A stretch of 32,000 bases of DNA from Chitinophagaceae bacterium (GTDB taxonomy: Bacteria > Bacteroidota > Bacteroidia > Chitinophagales > Chitinophagaceae): the NCBI GenBank assembly GCA_947504605.1, contig CANNJE010000013.1:1-32000 (forward strand), in the 5' to 3' direction. The notes beneath the pieces were generated by a model. That model was not told where the DNA came from. It did not search any database and saw only the letters and a list, made by a program, of their open reading frames with translations. Shown here in pieces: positions 17,694 to 27,700 of the stretch. The position numbers and the translations under genes were made by a program. Numbering within the stretch: the stretch's first letter is position 1; each line of letters begins with the position of its first letter.

Positions 17694-19598
17694 ATGCATT
17701 ACGCTTCGGTCGAAAATCTTACAAAATCATTCGGAATAAGAACCCTTTTCAGGAACATTACCATCAATATTGAGGAAGGTGATAAAATTGCACTGGTTGC
17801 CCGCAACGGAAGCGGCAAAAGTACACTCATGAAAATTTTGGCCGGTTTAGATACGGCAGATAGTGGGACTGTTTGGGTACATAAAGATGTAAACACCGTT
17901 ATGCTGCAGCAGGATAATGATTTTGATGGCAATAAAACCATCTGGGACAATATTCTGCGTTTAGACAATCCCGTTGTTAAAGTAGTGAAGGATTATGAGC
18001 AGTTTCTAGAAGAAGGCTCTGAAGATCATGACCACCTTGGTGAACTGATGTCAAAACTAGACGACTTGAATGCATGGAGTTTTGAAAGTGATTTGAAACA
18101 AATATTGGGGAAACTAAATATTCATCACCTCAACGAAAAAGTTGGCAATCTTAGCGGCGGACAGAAAAAAAGAGTTGCCCTAGCACAGGCTTTAATTGAA
18201 GCGTATTTATATGAAGGCAGGTGCCTGCTCATCATGGATGAGCCCACGAACCATTTAGATGTGAGCATGATTGAGTGGCTGGAAGAATACCTGGGTGCTG
18301 CAAAAATCACCTTACTACTTGTTACCCATGATCGTTATTTTTTAGATGCTGTTTGTAATGAAATAATAGAAATAGACGAGGAAAAAGTATTTGTATATAA
18401 AGGCGATTACGATTACTTTCTTGAGCAAAAAGCCATGAGGCAGGATGCACAGGCCAGCGAATTACAAAAAGATAAAAATATATTTCGTAAGGAATTGGAA
18501 TGGATGCGTAAGCAACCAAAAGCCCGTACTACTAAAAGCAAGAGCCGCCAGGATGCTTTTGTCGAAGTGGAAGACAGGGTGAAACAGCAAAAAGATGTTG
18601 TTGAAGTTAGCCTTCAAATGAAAATGACCCGGCTGGGTGGAAAAATACTGGAACTGAAAAAAGTGAATAAAAGCTGGGGAGACCTTGTGATTATGAAAGG
18701 CTTTGATTATACATTTAAAAGAGGGGAGCGTATTGGGGTAGTTGGAAAAAATGGTGTTGGAAAATCTACTTTCCTAAAAATTGCGCTGCAGCAGGAATTA
18801 CCAGATAGTGGCAAGATTAATCATGGAGATACGGTGGTGTTTGGCAATTTCAGTCAGGATGGATTGCTATATAAAGAAGATAAACGTGCCATTGAGTATG
18901 TAAAAGACATGGCAGAATATTTTCCATTAGCAGATGGGACCAAGTTATCAGCCAGTTTATTTATGGAAAAATTTGGTTTCACCTCAGAGCAGCAATATAC
19001 ACCTCTTAGTAAGCTGAGTGGAGGAGAAAAACGCAGGCTCCACCTTATGAGTGTCCTGTTTTTGAATCCTAATTTTTTGGTATTGGATGAACCTACCAAT
19101 GATCTTGATTTGCAAACGCTTCGTACCCTGGAAGAATTTTTGTTAGACTATCCTGGTTGTATTTTGATCGTAAGTCATGATCGTTATTTTATGGACCGTA
19201 TGGTTGATCACCTTTTCGCATTTGAAGGAAATGGGGTAATTAGAGATTACCCGGGCAATTATACTCAATATAGAGAGGCCGTATCAAAAGGATTGCTAAC
19301 GGATAATGATCAACAGATCATGAAAACTTTGCCGGAGGATGAGAAAAAAAATATGAGTAATCAGACTCATACAACTGAGGCACCCAAGAAACTTTCTTTT
19401 AAAGAAAAATTTGAACTCGAGAGTTTAGAAAAAGAAATGCCCGCCCTTCAGCAAGAAAAAAAATTACTAGAAGAAAAAATGAATGGTAATCTTGCTTATA
19501 ACGAATTGCAAAAAGCAGCAGACAGAATCAGTGAAATTATAGTTGCGCTTGATGTAAAAGAAATGAGATGGCTGGAACTAAGCGAAAGGGCAAGCTGA
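17694..19598 (+). CDS. uup: ABC-F family ATPase, Uup-like (two ABC domains plus a C-terminal coiled coil)
   Basis: Two Walker A sites (ARNGSGKST, GKNGVGKST), two signature motifs (LSGGQKKR, LSGGEKRR), Walker B (LLIMDEPTNHLD, LVLDEPTNDLD), no TM domain, and a charged C-terminal coiled coil. The track start at 17685 is TTG. I prefer the in-frame ATG at 17694 (MHYASVENL). Confidence 0.85.
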   Translation: MHYASVENLTKSFGIRTLFRNITINIEEGDKIALVARNGSGKSTLMKILAGLDTADSGTVWVHKDVNTVMLQQDNDFDGNKTIWDNILRLDNPVVKVVKDYEQFLEEGSEDHDHLGELMSKLDDLNAWSFESDLKQILGKLNIHHLNEKVGNLSGGQKKRVALAQALIEAYLYEGRCLLIMDEPTNHLDVSMIEWLEEYLGAAKITLLLVTHDRYFLDAVCNEIIEIDEEKVFVYKGDYDYFLEQKAMRQDAQASELQKDKNIFRKELEWMRKQPKARTTKSKSRQDAFVEVEDRVKQQKDVVEVSLQMKMTRLGGKILELKKVNKSWGDLVIMKGFDYTFKRGERIGVVGKNGVGKSTFLKIALQQELPDSGKINHGDTVVFGNFSQDGLLYKEDKRAIEYVKDMAEYFPLADGTKLSASLFMEKFGFTSEQQYTPLSKLSGGEKRRLHLMSVLFLNPNFLVLDEPTNDLDLQTLRTLEEFLLDYPGCILIVSHDRYFMDRMVDHLFAFEGNGVIRDYPGNYTQYREAVSKGLLTDNDQQIMKTLPEDEKKNMSNQTHTTEAPKKLSFKEKFELESLEKEMPALQQEKKLLEEKMNGNLAYNELQKAADRISEIIVALDVKEMRWLELSERAS

Positions 19599-19672
19599 TA
19601 AACTTTCATTTAACTGCTGAAATTATTTTATACCTTAGGCTGTAATTTAGATTGTAACCTATTTATTTTAGC

Positions 19673-20821
19673 ATGAACCAACGCTTTTATTCCTTAGATG
19701 TTTTTAGAGGTGCTACTGTAGCATTAATGATATTGGTAAATAATCCAGGTTCATGGGGCCACATTTTTCCGCCACTGGAGCATGCTGGCTGGCATGGCTG
19801 CTCTCCTACCGATCTTGTATTCCCTTTCTTTTTATTTGCAGTTGGAAATGCTATGGCTTTTGTAATGCCAAAACTGGAAGCCAATAATATTTTTTGGCAA
19901 AAAGTTGTAAAACGTACTTTTTTAATTTTTATAATAGGCCTTTTTTTAAATTGGTTTCCATTTATTAAATACAATGATGCTGGCAACTTAATTGGCAAGC
20001 CATTTGAAAACCTTCGCATTTTTGGCGTACTGCAACGTATTGCTTTAAGTTATTTTTTTGCAGCAGTAATCGTTCATCTTTTTAAATTAAGAGGCGCATT
20101 TGTTGCTGGAGTTTTCATACTGCTGGGCTATTGGTTTTTATGTGTATGGGGCAATCCTTCAAACCCGTTCAGTCTTTCGGGATGGTTTGGTACAGCAATA
20201 GACACAAATATTTTAGGGGCTAAACATATGTATCATGGCGAAGGGGTTGCTTTTGATCCCGAGGGCCTGATGAGTACATTTGGCTCGATTGTACAGGTTA
20301 TTTTTGGATATATGGTTGGCCAGTATATTTTAACCAAGGGCAAAACTGCTGAGATGCTGAATGGTTTATTTGTAGCAGGCGCTGTACTTATTTTTACAGG
20401 ATTTATGTGGGACATGGTTTTTCCTATTAATAAAAAAATATGGACCAGCAGCTACACTGTTTATACAACCGGATTGGCGCTAATTATTTTATCCGTACTT
20501 ATATATCTGATAGAATTTAAAAATGCCAACGGTGTCTGGAGCCGGTTCTTTGATGTGTTTGGTAAAAATGCACTTTTTATTTTTGCTATGAGTGCTTTGC
20601 TGCCAAGGATGTTGGCGCTAATCAGGATAAATAATGGATTAACCGATGATGGCAAAACAAAATACTTAACTCCCTTTGGATGGTTTTATGAAAACTTGTG
20701 TAAGCCCATTCTTAGTTCCGACCCAAGAATTGGGTCCTTAATCTATGCCTTTTGTTTTATTGCAATGATGTGGTTTTTTGCCTGGATTCTTGATAAAAAG
20801 AAAATTTACATTAAAGTATAA
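19673..20821 (+). CDS. Membrane acyltransferase of the heparan-alpha-glucosaminide N-acetyltransferase-like (HGSNAT/DUF5009) type
   Basis: 382 aa, polytopic. The N-terminal RFYSLDVFRGATVALMILVNNPGSW...PLEHAGWHGCSPTDLVFPFFLFAVG matches that family. Confidence 0.7.
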   Translation: MNQRFYSLDVFRGATVALMILVNNPGSWGHIFPPLEHAGWHGCSPTDLVFPFFLFAVGNAMAFVMPKLEANNIFWQKVVKRTFLIFIIGLFLNWFPFIKYNDAGNLIGKPFENLRIFGVLQRIALSYFFAAVIVHLFKLRGAFVAGVFILLGYWFLCVWGNPSNPFSLSGWFGTAIDTNILGAKHMYHGEGVAFDPEGLMSTFGSIVQVIFGYMVGQYILTKGKTAEMLNGLFVAGAVLIFTGFMWDMVFPINKKIWTSSYTVYTTGLALIILSVLIYLIEFKNANGVWSRFFDVFGKNALFIFAMSALLPRMLALIRINNGLTDDGKTKYLTPFGWFYENLCKPILSSDPRIGSLIYAFCFIAMMWFFAWILDKKKIYIKV

Positions 20822-20833
20822 TTAGAACCCTGT

Positions 20834-21787
20834 TTAAAGGGATCGTACAATATATTCTGTGAAAAAACTGCTTTCTTCTCCAGCTGCTAAGAAAATTAAC
20901 CCCATGCCATTATTAAATGCATCCGGAGCCGAACTCAAATTTTCTATGGCAATACTCTGACGATGTGGAGGTGTATATATCTGCAAATAAGGATAAGATT
21001 TATCAGGTTTTATTTCCAACTGGATTTTTTGAACAGGATCTCTTAATATCAACATTGGCTGACATTCGGCAAAGTTTACGGTAAAACAATTGTCTAAAAA
21101 AGTATCCCCTATTTTTTTTAAAGAACCAAACTCTTGGTAGGAAATTAGTTTGCCGGTTGGAATAAGTCTTTCATCAAATTCAACTATTTCTTTACTTTGA
21201 AATTCAAGTTGGCAATCATCAATAGTGCCGCCAAATTTAAAGTAAGGATGCCAGCCATCACTTACAGGAATCATTCCTTCACTCCGGTTAATAATCGTTG
21301 TTGAAATGGTAAGGCTGTTATTTTTTCTGAGTTCATATACTACCCTACAGTCATAATTAAAAGGATAACCCGCATCAGTAGCTTTGTAATGATGTAATAA
21401 TTCCAGGGTTGCTTTTTCTTCATTTGCCTCTTGCAATATTATTTCAAACGGAGCATCATATATCAATCCATGAATTGCATCTGGTCCTAGATAAAATTTC
21501 TTTACTTTATAATTTTGTTCGCCATAATGGTATTCCCCATCTTTCATTCTGCACACAAAAGGAGAGAGCTTCGCACTCTTGAACCCTTTAGCCTCCATTT
21601 CGGTATCAAACTCCTTTTTATTGCTATAACTATCTATAATATTTAAAAATTGATTATTGTGGGATATTACAAATGAATGTAACAGAGATCCGCAAGCAGG
21701 AATTAGATCAACCTGTGTTTTAGATTCACAATCGGCAAGTCTAATAATATCAAAACCATCATTGGTTAAATTATAAATGGAGAACAT
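20834..21787 (-). CDS. Aldose 1-epimerase (galactose mutarotase-like) family protein
   Basis: 317 aa, all-beta-type sequence with IHGL..., DGWHPYFKF and IAIENLS... motifs typical of the aldose epimerase superfamily. Confidence 0.7.
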   Translation of the reverse strand: MFSIYNLTNDGFDIIRLADCESKTQVDLIPACGSLLHSFVISHNNQFLNIIDSYSNKKEFDTEMEAKGFKSAKLSPFVCRMKDGEYHYGEQNYKVKKFYLGPDAIHGLIYDAPFEIILQEANEEKATLELLHHYKATDAGYPFNYDCRVVYELRKNNSLTISTTIINRSEGMIPVSDGWHPYFKFGGTIDDCQLEFQSKEIVEFDERLIPTGKLISYQEFGSLKKIGDTFLDNCFTVNFAECQPMLILRDPVQKIQLEIKPDKSYPYLQIYTPPHRQSIAIENLSSAPDAFNNGMGLIFLAAGEESSFFTEYIVRSL

Positions 21788-21874
21788 AATGTCATAATTA
21801 GACTTGCAATGTACAAATAGATCATTGCAGCAAAAAATATCACAAGTATATATTAAGAAAAGGCAAGGTTGTAA

Positions 21875-22507
21875 TTAAATCAATTTATTTTCTTTTGCAT
21901 AACGCAACATCAATTGAGTGGTATTTACATTCAATTTTTGTAATAAATTTTTTCGATGGGTTTCTATTGTAAAGGGGCTTAAAAAAAGCTGCTCAGCTAT
22001 CTGAGGGCCATTAAACCCTTCGTACAAAAGCTGGAGAATTTCTTTTTCTCTCCTAGTAAGAACAGGTGTACTTTTAACAGCATCATTTACCGATTGGTAT
22101 TGCTCTAAAATTTTTTGATTTGCTGCTTTACTCAAATATATCTTATCATTAATCACCTCATCTATTGCCATTATCAACTCATCCCGCTCCATATTTTTAA
22201 GTAGGTACCCATTTCCTCCTTTAGCCAGAAACTGTCTAATTATTCCTGCTTCATTAGTAGAGGTAAGACCTAATATTTTAGTCTTTTTATTTTGCTTTCT
22301 TATTTGTTCGCACAAATCAATTCCATCCATATCAGGGAGGCTAATATCCAACAAAATAATATCAGGAAAATGATCTTTTAAAAAAAACAATGCCTCCTTG
22401 CCCGATTTACATGCACCCATTATTTGCATGTAATCTAATCCTTTCATCATGGCAGCAACACCGTCACTTACCAGTGGATGATCATCAATAATGAGAATTT
22501 GAATCAT
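21875..22507 (-). CDS. Two-component response regulator, NarL/LuxR family (REC + HTH_LuxR)
   Basis: 210 aa. ILIIDDHPL, phospho-acceptor region ILLDISLPDMDG, and C-terminal LTRREKEILQLLYEGFNGPQIAEQLFLSPFTIETHRKNLLQKL. Confidence 0.92.
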   Translation of the reverse strand: MIQILIIDDHPLVSDGVAAMMKGLDYMQIMGACKSGKEALFFLKDHFPDIILLDISLPDMDGIDLCEQIRKQNKKTKILGLTSTNEAGIIRQFLAKGGNGYLLKNMERDELIMAIDEVINDKIYLSKAANQKILEQYQSVNDAVKSTPVLTRREKEILQLLYEGFNGPQIAEQLFLSPFTIETHRKNLLQKLNVNTTQLMLRYAKENKLI

Positions 22508-22559
22508 AGATTTTATTTAGCTGTACCTCTAAAAATAAAAAACGAAATTAAAAATACCG

Positions 22560-24569
22560 TTATGGCTCATTTAATAAAAAATCCATCATAATTGTCGTAC
22601 CCGTTTCTTTTTGAGAATCGATTGATAGTTTTCCATTAAGATAACTCACCCTACTTTGAACAGAAGCAAGCCCTGCTTTGGTTTTATTGTCTGTTTCCTG
22701 CAAGTTAAATCCATGGCCGTTATCTTCTACAATTATACTCAACCGGTTGTCTTCCTTATTAAACTGTATGATTGCTTCGGTGGCCTTGGCATGTTTTATT
22801 ATATTATTAAGCAGTTCCTGAATTATTCTAAACAACATAACTTCGGTAGAGGCATTCAGGCGCTTTTCCATTCCATAAGTTTGCAATTTTGTAAGTAATA
22901 ATTTACCTGCGCTTATACTATTGCACAATTCTTGTACAGCCTGCAGCAATCCTATTTTAATAAGTACTTCAGGCATCATATTATGGGCAATTCGCCTTAC
23001 CTCTTCTGATGCAGAGTTAACCAATTCGTAACTTTTTATAAATAATGGATCATCCTTTAATATGGGTTGTTCATACTGAAGTGTGCTGAAATACATTTTT
23101 ATAGTAGAAAATAAACCGCCAAATCCGTCATGTAAGTCTTTAGCAATACGAGTTCGTTCAGTTTCCTGGCCGTTCACCATAGATTGAAGTGAAACAATCT
23201 GTTGCTGCCTTTCTAAAAATTTCACTTGTTCCTGCTGAAGCATGGCATCCTTTTCTGCAATCAGTCTTTTTTGCCTACTGTTTCGATATAACAATCCCAT
23301 CATAAAAAGCAATGTAGATGCAGTCAAACCGCCTATCAGTAGCAAGCGATTTGTCTTTAAAACCGCAAGTTCTTTACTTGTATTAGAAAGGGTTAACACT
23401 GCAATTTCATTTTCCTTTTTTTCATTTTCATAAAGTGCTTCGAGATAAACTGTTGACTTCTGAGTTTCGATATTGGTTGAGCTATCTGAATATAGTTTCT
23501 GCTGTTCCGACATGAATAATGCTTTCTTAAAATCTCCTTTTTCAAAAGCTACTTTTTTTAACGTTTCGTACGTACTGGCTGTTACTTTTAGATTGTGCAA
23601 ACTTTTCGCAATATTGTTACTAGTAATCGCATATTTTTCAGCCATTGCATGATTATTCATTTTGAAATAAATCTTTGCAATATTGTCTGCAATTTCTGAT
23701 TTTAAATAATCGTTTGTAACACTATCAGCAATCTTATAGGCTCTCAGATACGCAGCAAGCGATGCGGGTAAATTATTTACAGCTTCATAATAATAACCTT
23801 CTGAATTTAAAACAAGGCTCTCTACCTGGATATTGTTTAGTTGGCTATTATAAATTTTTGATGTGTCAAGGTGTAATTTAGCCTGTGTTGTATTATTTAA
23901 CTTGATATACGCATCTGCTATATCAAGGTGCAACATAACCCTATACCGCTGCTCGTCAGGATATTTTTTAAAAACCAAGGCTTTTTTTTCATACGCTATC
24001 CCTTTTTCAAATTGATTTTCTGCCATCAGGTTATGGCCAATGTTTCCATAAGTTTGAGGCAAAAAAATGAGTAGCTCCGGATTGTTTGAATTTTCTATTA
24101 ATCTTGCAGCACTGGTCATATATTGAACTGCAGTTTTAAAATCTGATTGGTAATTACTCAACAGTGCACTGCTGTTGTAACAATTAATAAGTAGTGGCGT
24201 GTCTAGATTCTCTTTAGCCATTTTCATAGCTTTGTTTATATATATTTTTGCGCTATCATAACGGGTAAGATTAGTATATACTAAACCAGTATTATAATAA
24301 ATTCGGGAAAGCTTATCTACATTATTCACTTTTTGAGCTATAGGTAACGAAAGGTTACAGTAATACAAGGCTGAGTCATACTGTCCCAAATTGAAATGGT
24401 AACGCTGCAACTCAGAAAATGCTTTTACTGCATTTGTATCCGGATTTTTCATAAAGGCAATAGCTATAACACTATCAATTTTCCTTTGGGCCACAGTCTG
24501 AGAAAATACAGAGCTACAAGTAAGTAAAAAGCTAAGGACATAATAGCCAAAATAATATTTATTTCTCAT
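22560..24569 (-). CDS. Sensor histidine kinase with an N-terminal signal/anchor, a long TPR-like extracytoplasmic region, one TM, HisKA_3 and HATPase_c
   Basis: 669 aa. TPR-like repeats (..YYN.G..Y......A..Y..KA...) in the first ~390 aa, a TM segment LLIGGLTASTLLFMMGLLY, ERTRIAKDLHDGFGG (H-box) and VEDNGHGF (G-box). Lies 52 nt upstream of the response regulator. Confidence 0.9.
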   Translation of the reverse strand: MRNKYYFGYYVLSFLLTCSSVFSQTVAQRKIDSVIAIAFMKNPDTNAVKAFSELQRYHFNLGQYDSALYYCNLSLPIAQKVNNVDKLSRIYYNTGLVYTNLTRYDSAKIYINKAMKMAKENLDTPLLINCYNSSALLSNYQSDFKTAVQYMTSAARLIENSNNPELLIFLPQTYGNIGHNLMAENQFEKGIAYEKKALVFKKYPDEQRYRVMLHLDIADAYIKLNNTTQAKLHLDTSKIYNSQLNNIQVESLVLNSEGYYYEAVNNLPASLAAYLRAYKIADSVTNDYLKSEIADNIAKIYFKMNNHAMAEKYAITSNNIAKSLHNLKVTASTYETLKKVAFEKGDFKKALFMSEQQKLYSDSSTNIETQKSTVYLEALYENEKKENEIAVLTLSNTSKELAVLKTNRLLLIGGLTASTLLFMMGLLYRNSRQKRLIAEKDAMLQQEQVKFLERQQQIVSLQSMVNGQETERTRIAKDLHDGFGGLFSTIKMYFSTLQYEQPILKDDPLFIKSYELVNSASEEVRRIAHNMMPEVLIKIGLLQAVQELCNSISAGKLLLTKLQTYGMEKRLNASTEVMLFRIIQELLNNIIKHAKATEAIIQFNKEDNRLSIIVEDNGHGFNLQETDNKTKAGLASVQSRVSYLNGKLSIDSQKETGTTIMMDFLLNEP

Positions 24570-24712
24570 TTTACCAGTTTCCTGAAAAATACGATATTAA
24601 ATATGGAGAACACTACCTCCATTCCGGTATTTTTTATTTATTTAATTACCTGAGTAGCGCTATCAAAATATAGAATTCTTAATGGCAATTTTATAATCTA
24701 AAAATTCGGACA

Positions 24713-27700
24713 ATGAAACATTTCTTACTTATTCTATTTTTTTGTGGCATTGCAATCAGTGCATTAACTCAGCAAACAGGTAATCCTAATTCTCTTTTTT
24801 ATTATTTCGGAGGTAAAAAAATATTTCTGCAGCAAAGCAATAATCATGTTTATATACGAATTAAAGCTACAGAAGAACAGGAGTTGCAAATGAGTATCCG
24901 CAATACATATAAACTACCAGCAACCTCATTTACTCCAACAGACAATCCTAGGTTTGTAATTATTTCATTAAAAGACACTGATAAAAGTAGCAACGGTATT
25001 ATAAATTATATAAAAACCACAGGAAAAACAGAACTTGTTAGACCTGCTTTAAAAGCAGCAGATGGAAAAGATGTAATAGTTGATGAAGGATTTTACGTAA
25101 AATTAAAACCTACAATTTCCTACAATCAGCTAGTAGCTTTTGTTTTTCAAAAAAATTGTTTATTGGATAAATCTTACAAATATGACAACAAAACCTATCT
25201 AATAAAAGCTACTGCTAACAATGGATTTGATGGTTTAGAAATGGCCAATATTTTTTACGAAAGCGGATTGTTTGAATATGCGGAACCAGACTTTAGAATG
25301 CTAGATATTTTGCACAGTACACCCAATGACCCACTATACAACCTGCAATGGGCTCATTTAAATACAGGCTCCGTAGACCAAGGTAGTGGAACCTTGGGTG
25401 CAGATATAGATGTAGATGAAGCCTGGAACATCACTATGGGAAGTTCCACAATTCGGGTTGCAGTAATTGACGAAGGAGTGCAGCGCACTCACCCAGATCT
25501 CATCAACAATATTGATCCCCTTGGGTTTGGGTTAACAGTAGGCAATGCTTCTTCGGGCAATATTTTAGCTACCACCCGTTCTCATGGCACAGCCTGTGCA
25601 GGCATTATTGCAGCTGAAGCCAATAACAACATCGGCGTGGCAGGTGTAGCTCCCTTAAGTAAAATTATACCAGTAAATATTACTATAAATACTGGAGGAA
25701 CATTTGGTACATCTACCCAAATTGCTCAAGCTATTGATTGGGCATGGAATGAAGGGGGTGCAGATATTTTATCCAATTCATGGGGGGGTGGTGGAGCATC
25801 TTCCTTAATACAGGATGCAATCCGAAGAGCTATTACACTTGGTCGATCTGGAAAAGGCGCTATCGTTATTTTTTCTAGTGGTAACAATGATGCAGGTGTA
25901 TCTTTTCCCGCCATCTTGACCGAAACCATCGCAGTGGGCGCAATGAGTATGTGTAACCAACGAAAGTCTGTTTCTACATGCGATGGCGAAAATTTTTGGG
26001 GCGGAAATTATGGAACAGGGTTGGATATATCAGCCCCGGGTGTTCGTATAGCCACAACAAGGGTTACAGGTACAGGCACATCACCCAACCTCGATTATAT
26101 TACCAACTTTAATGGCACTTCATCTGCAGCCCCAATGGTTTCAGGTGTGGCTGCACTCGTGTTAAGTATCAATAGCCAGTTTACCCAACAGCAGGTAAGA
26201 GAATTACTAGAAAGAACTTCCAAAAAAGTTGGCGGATATAATTACCTTTTTGCCCAAGGGCAACCTAACGGTAGTTGGTCATCAGAGCTTGGTCACGGAA
26301 TGGTGAATGCAAAAAATGCAGTATTGGCTGCACAAAACCCACAGTTTTGCAGGGTAGAAATTACTGCTACCGGCAATTTGCAGGTTTGTAGTGGCAGTAA
26401 TGTGCCATTACAAGTGACCAATGCTTCAAATGGCGACACTTATCAATGGAGATTTAATGGCGCTAACATAAGCACAGGGACTTCTGTAAATGCAGATCAA
26501 ACAGGTAACTATGATGTGATTCTTACAAGTAACAACGGTTGCAAAGACACATCTTATCCTTTGCCTGTTTTGATTTCTGCAGCGCAAGGGCCATTATTAG
26601 CCAATGCGGGAAGAGATACTGTATTTTGTATTGGTGCTAAAACCTTTTTAGGAGCCGGCCCTTCAGCTTTAGGAGGTACAAGCATTTTACATCCAATGAG
26701 AGGAATCGCTGCCGACTTAAGCAACAATTTATTGATACGCTTTAATCCTTTACAGCCATCACTTGATTATAAAATCATCAACACTAGTTTTATACCCAAC
26801 TTTTCGGGTGGCAATTTTTTTAGCGGCGGAGCAACGACCCCTTTTGGCTTATACATGATAAGCCGTTTTAACAGAATGCTGATGAAAATAGATACTGCCA
26901 CAGGAAATGCTATCTCCATCGGATTGACAATAAGTAACAGCAGTGTATTTTTTAATGGAATGACATATGATGCTTCGACAGAACAAATTTTTGCCATAGC
27001 AACTTTTGGTAGCGTGAACCAACTATATGAAATAAACCGAATTAGCGGCGCGGCTACTCTGCTGGGTACAATTACTGGTATTCCTTCCTCTTCTACATTA
27101 ATCAGTTTAAGCGTAGATAACGCAGGCGTTTTATATGCATTAAGATTATCTTCTGTCTTAAATGTAAGTTCCAGCTTGTATACCATCAATAAATTAACTC
27201 GGGCTGCTACACTAGTAGGAAATACAGGGTTTTTGGCAAATTTTTCTCAAACCGCTGATATTGATCCTATTACTGATAAACTATATCAATTTGCGACTTC
27301 CAATCCCCTTGGTTTCAGCTCTACAAGTTATAATGGTAAGGGTTTATGGACGTTGAATAAAACTACAGGGCTAGCCACAATGGTAGGTAGTGTTGGACAA
27401 CCATTTAATTCATTAGACGCATTAACATTTGCCAGGCCGGAATATAAATACCAGTGGAGTCCTACAACAAATTTGAATAATGCCAATGATGCTAATCCGC
27501 AATTTACAGCTAATACTGCTGGCACTTTTACTTATACTTTAACCGTTACAGATTTGTGTGGAAATACAGCAAACGACCAGGTAATTATTACTGTAAATGA
27601 TAGCCCTACTCCACCAATAATTAACCCAGTAAATCTATTGTTAAGTCATAGAAATGGTTTTAGAGAAACACTTAATTATACACAACAAGCCAACTTTGCC

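Noticed and set aside
19687-20019. 110-aa antisense ORF in the acyltransferase gene
   Set aside because: It is a shadow ORF opposite a well-supported membrane-protein frame, with no independent evidence.
24603-24622. Inverted repeat ATGGAG-N8-CTCCAT in the HK/S8 intergenic region, considered as a LuxR-type response-regulator site
   Set aside because: The arms are only 6 bp and there is no repeat of the motif. It cannot be distinguished from chance without comparative data.
26767-27189. 140-aa antisense ORF inside the S8 gene
   Set aside because: It lies wholly within a 1693-aa ORF that has clear catalytic motifs. It shows no recognisable motif and no promoter or start context. It is most likely a by-product of the sense-strand codon pattern.
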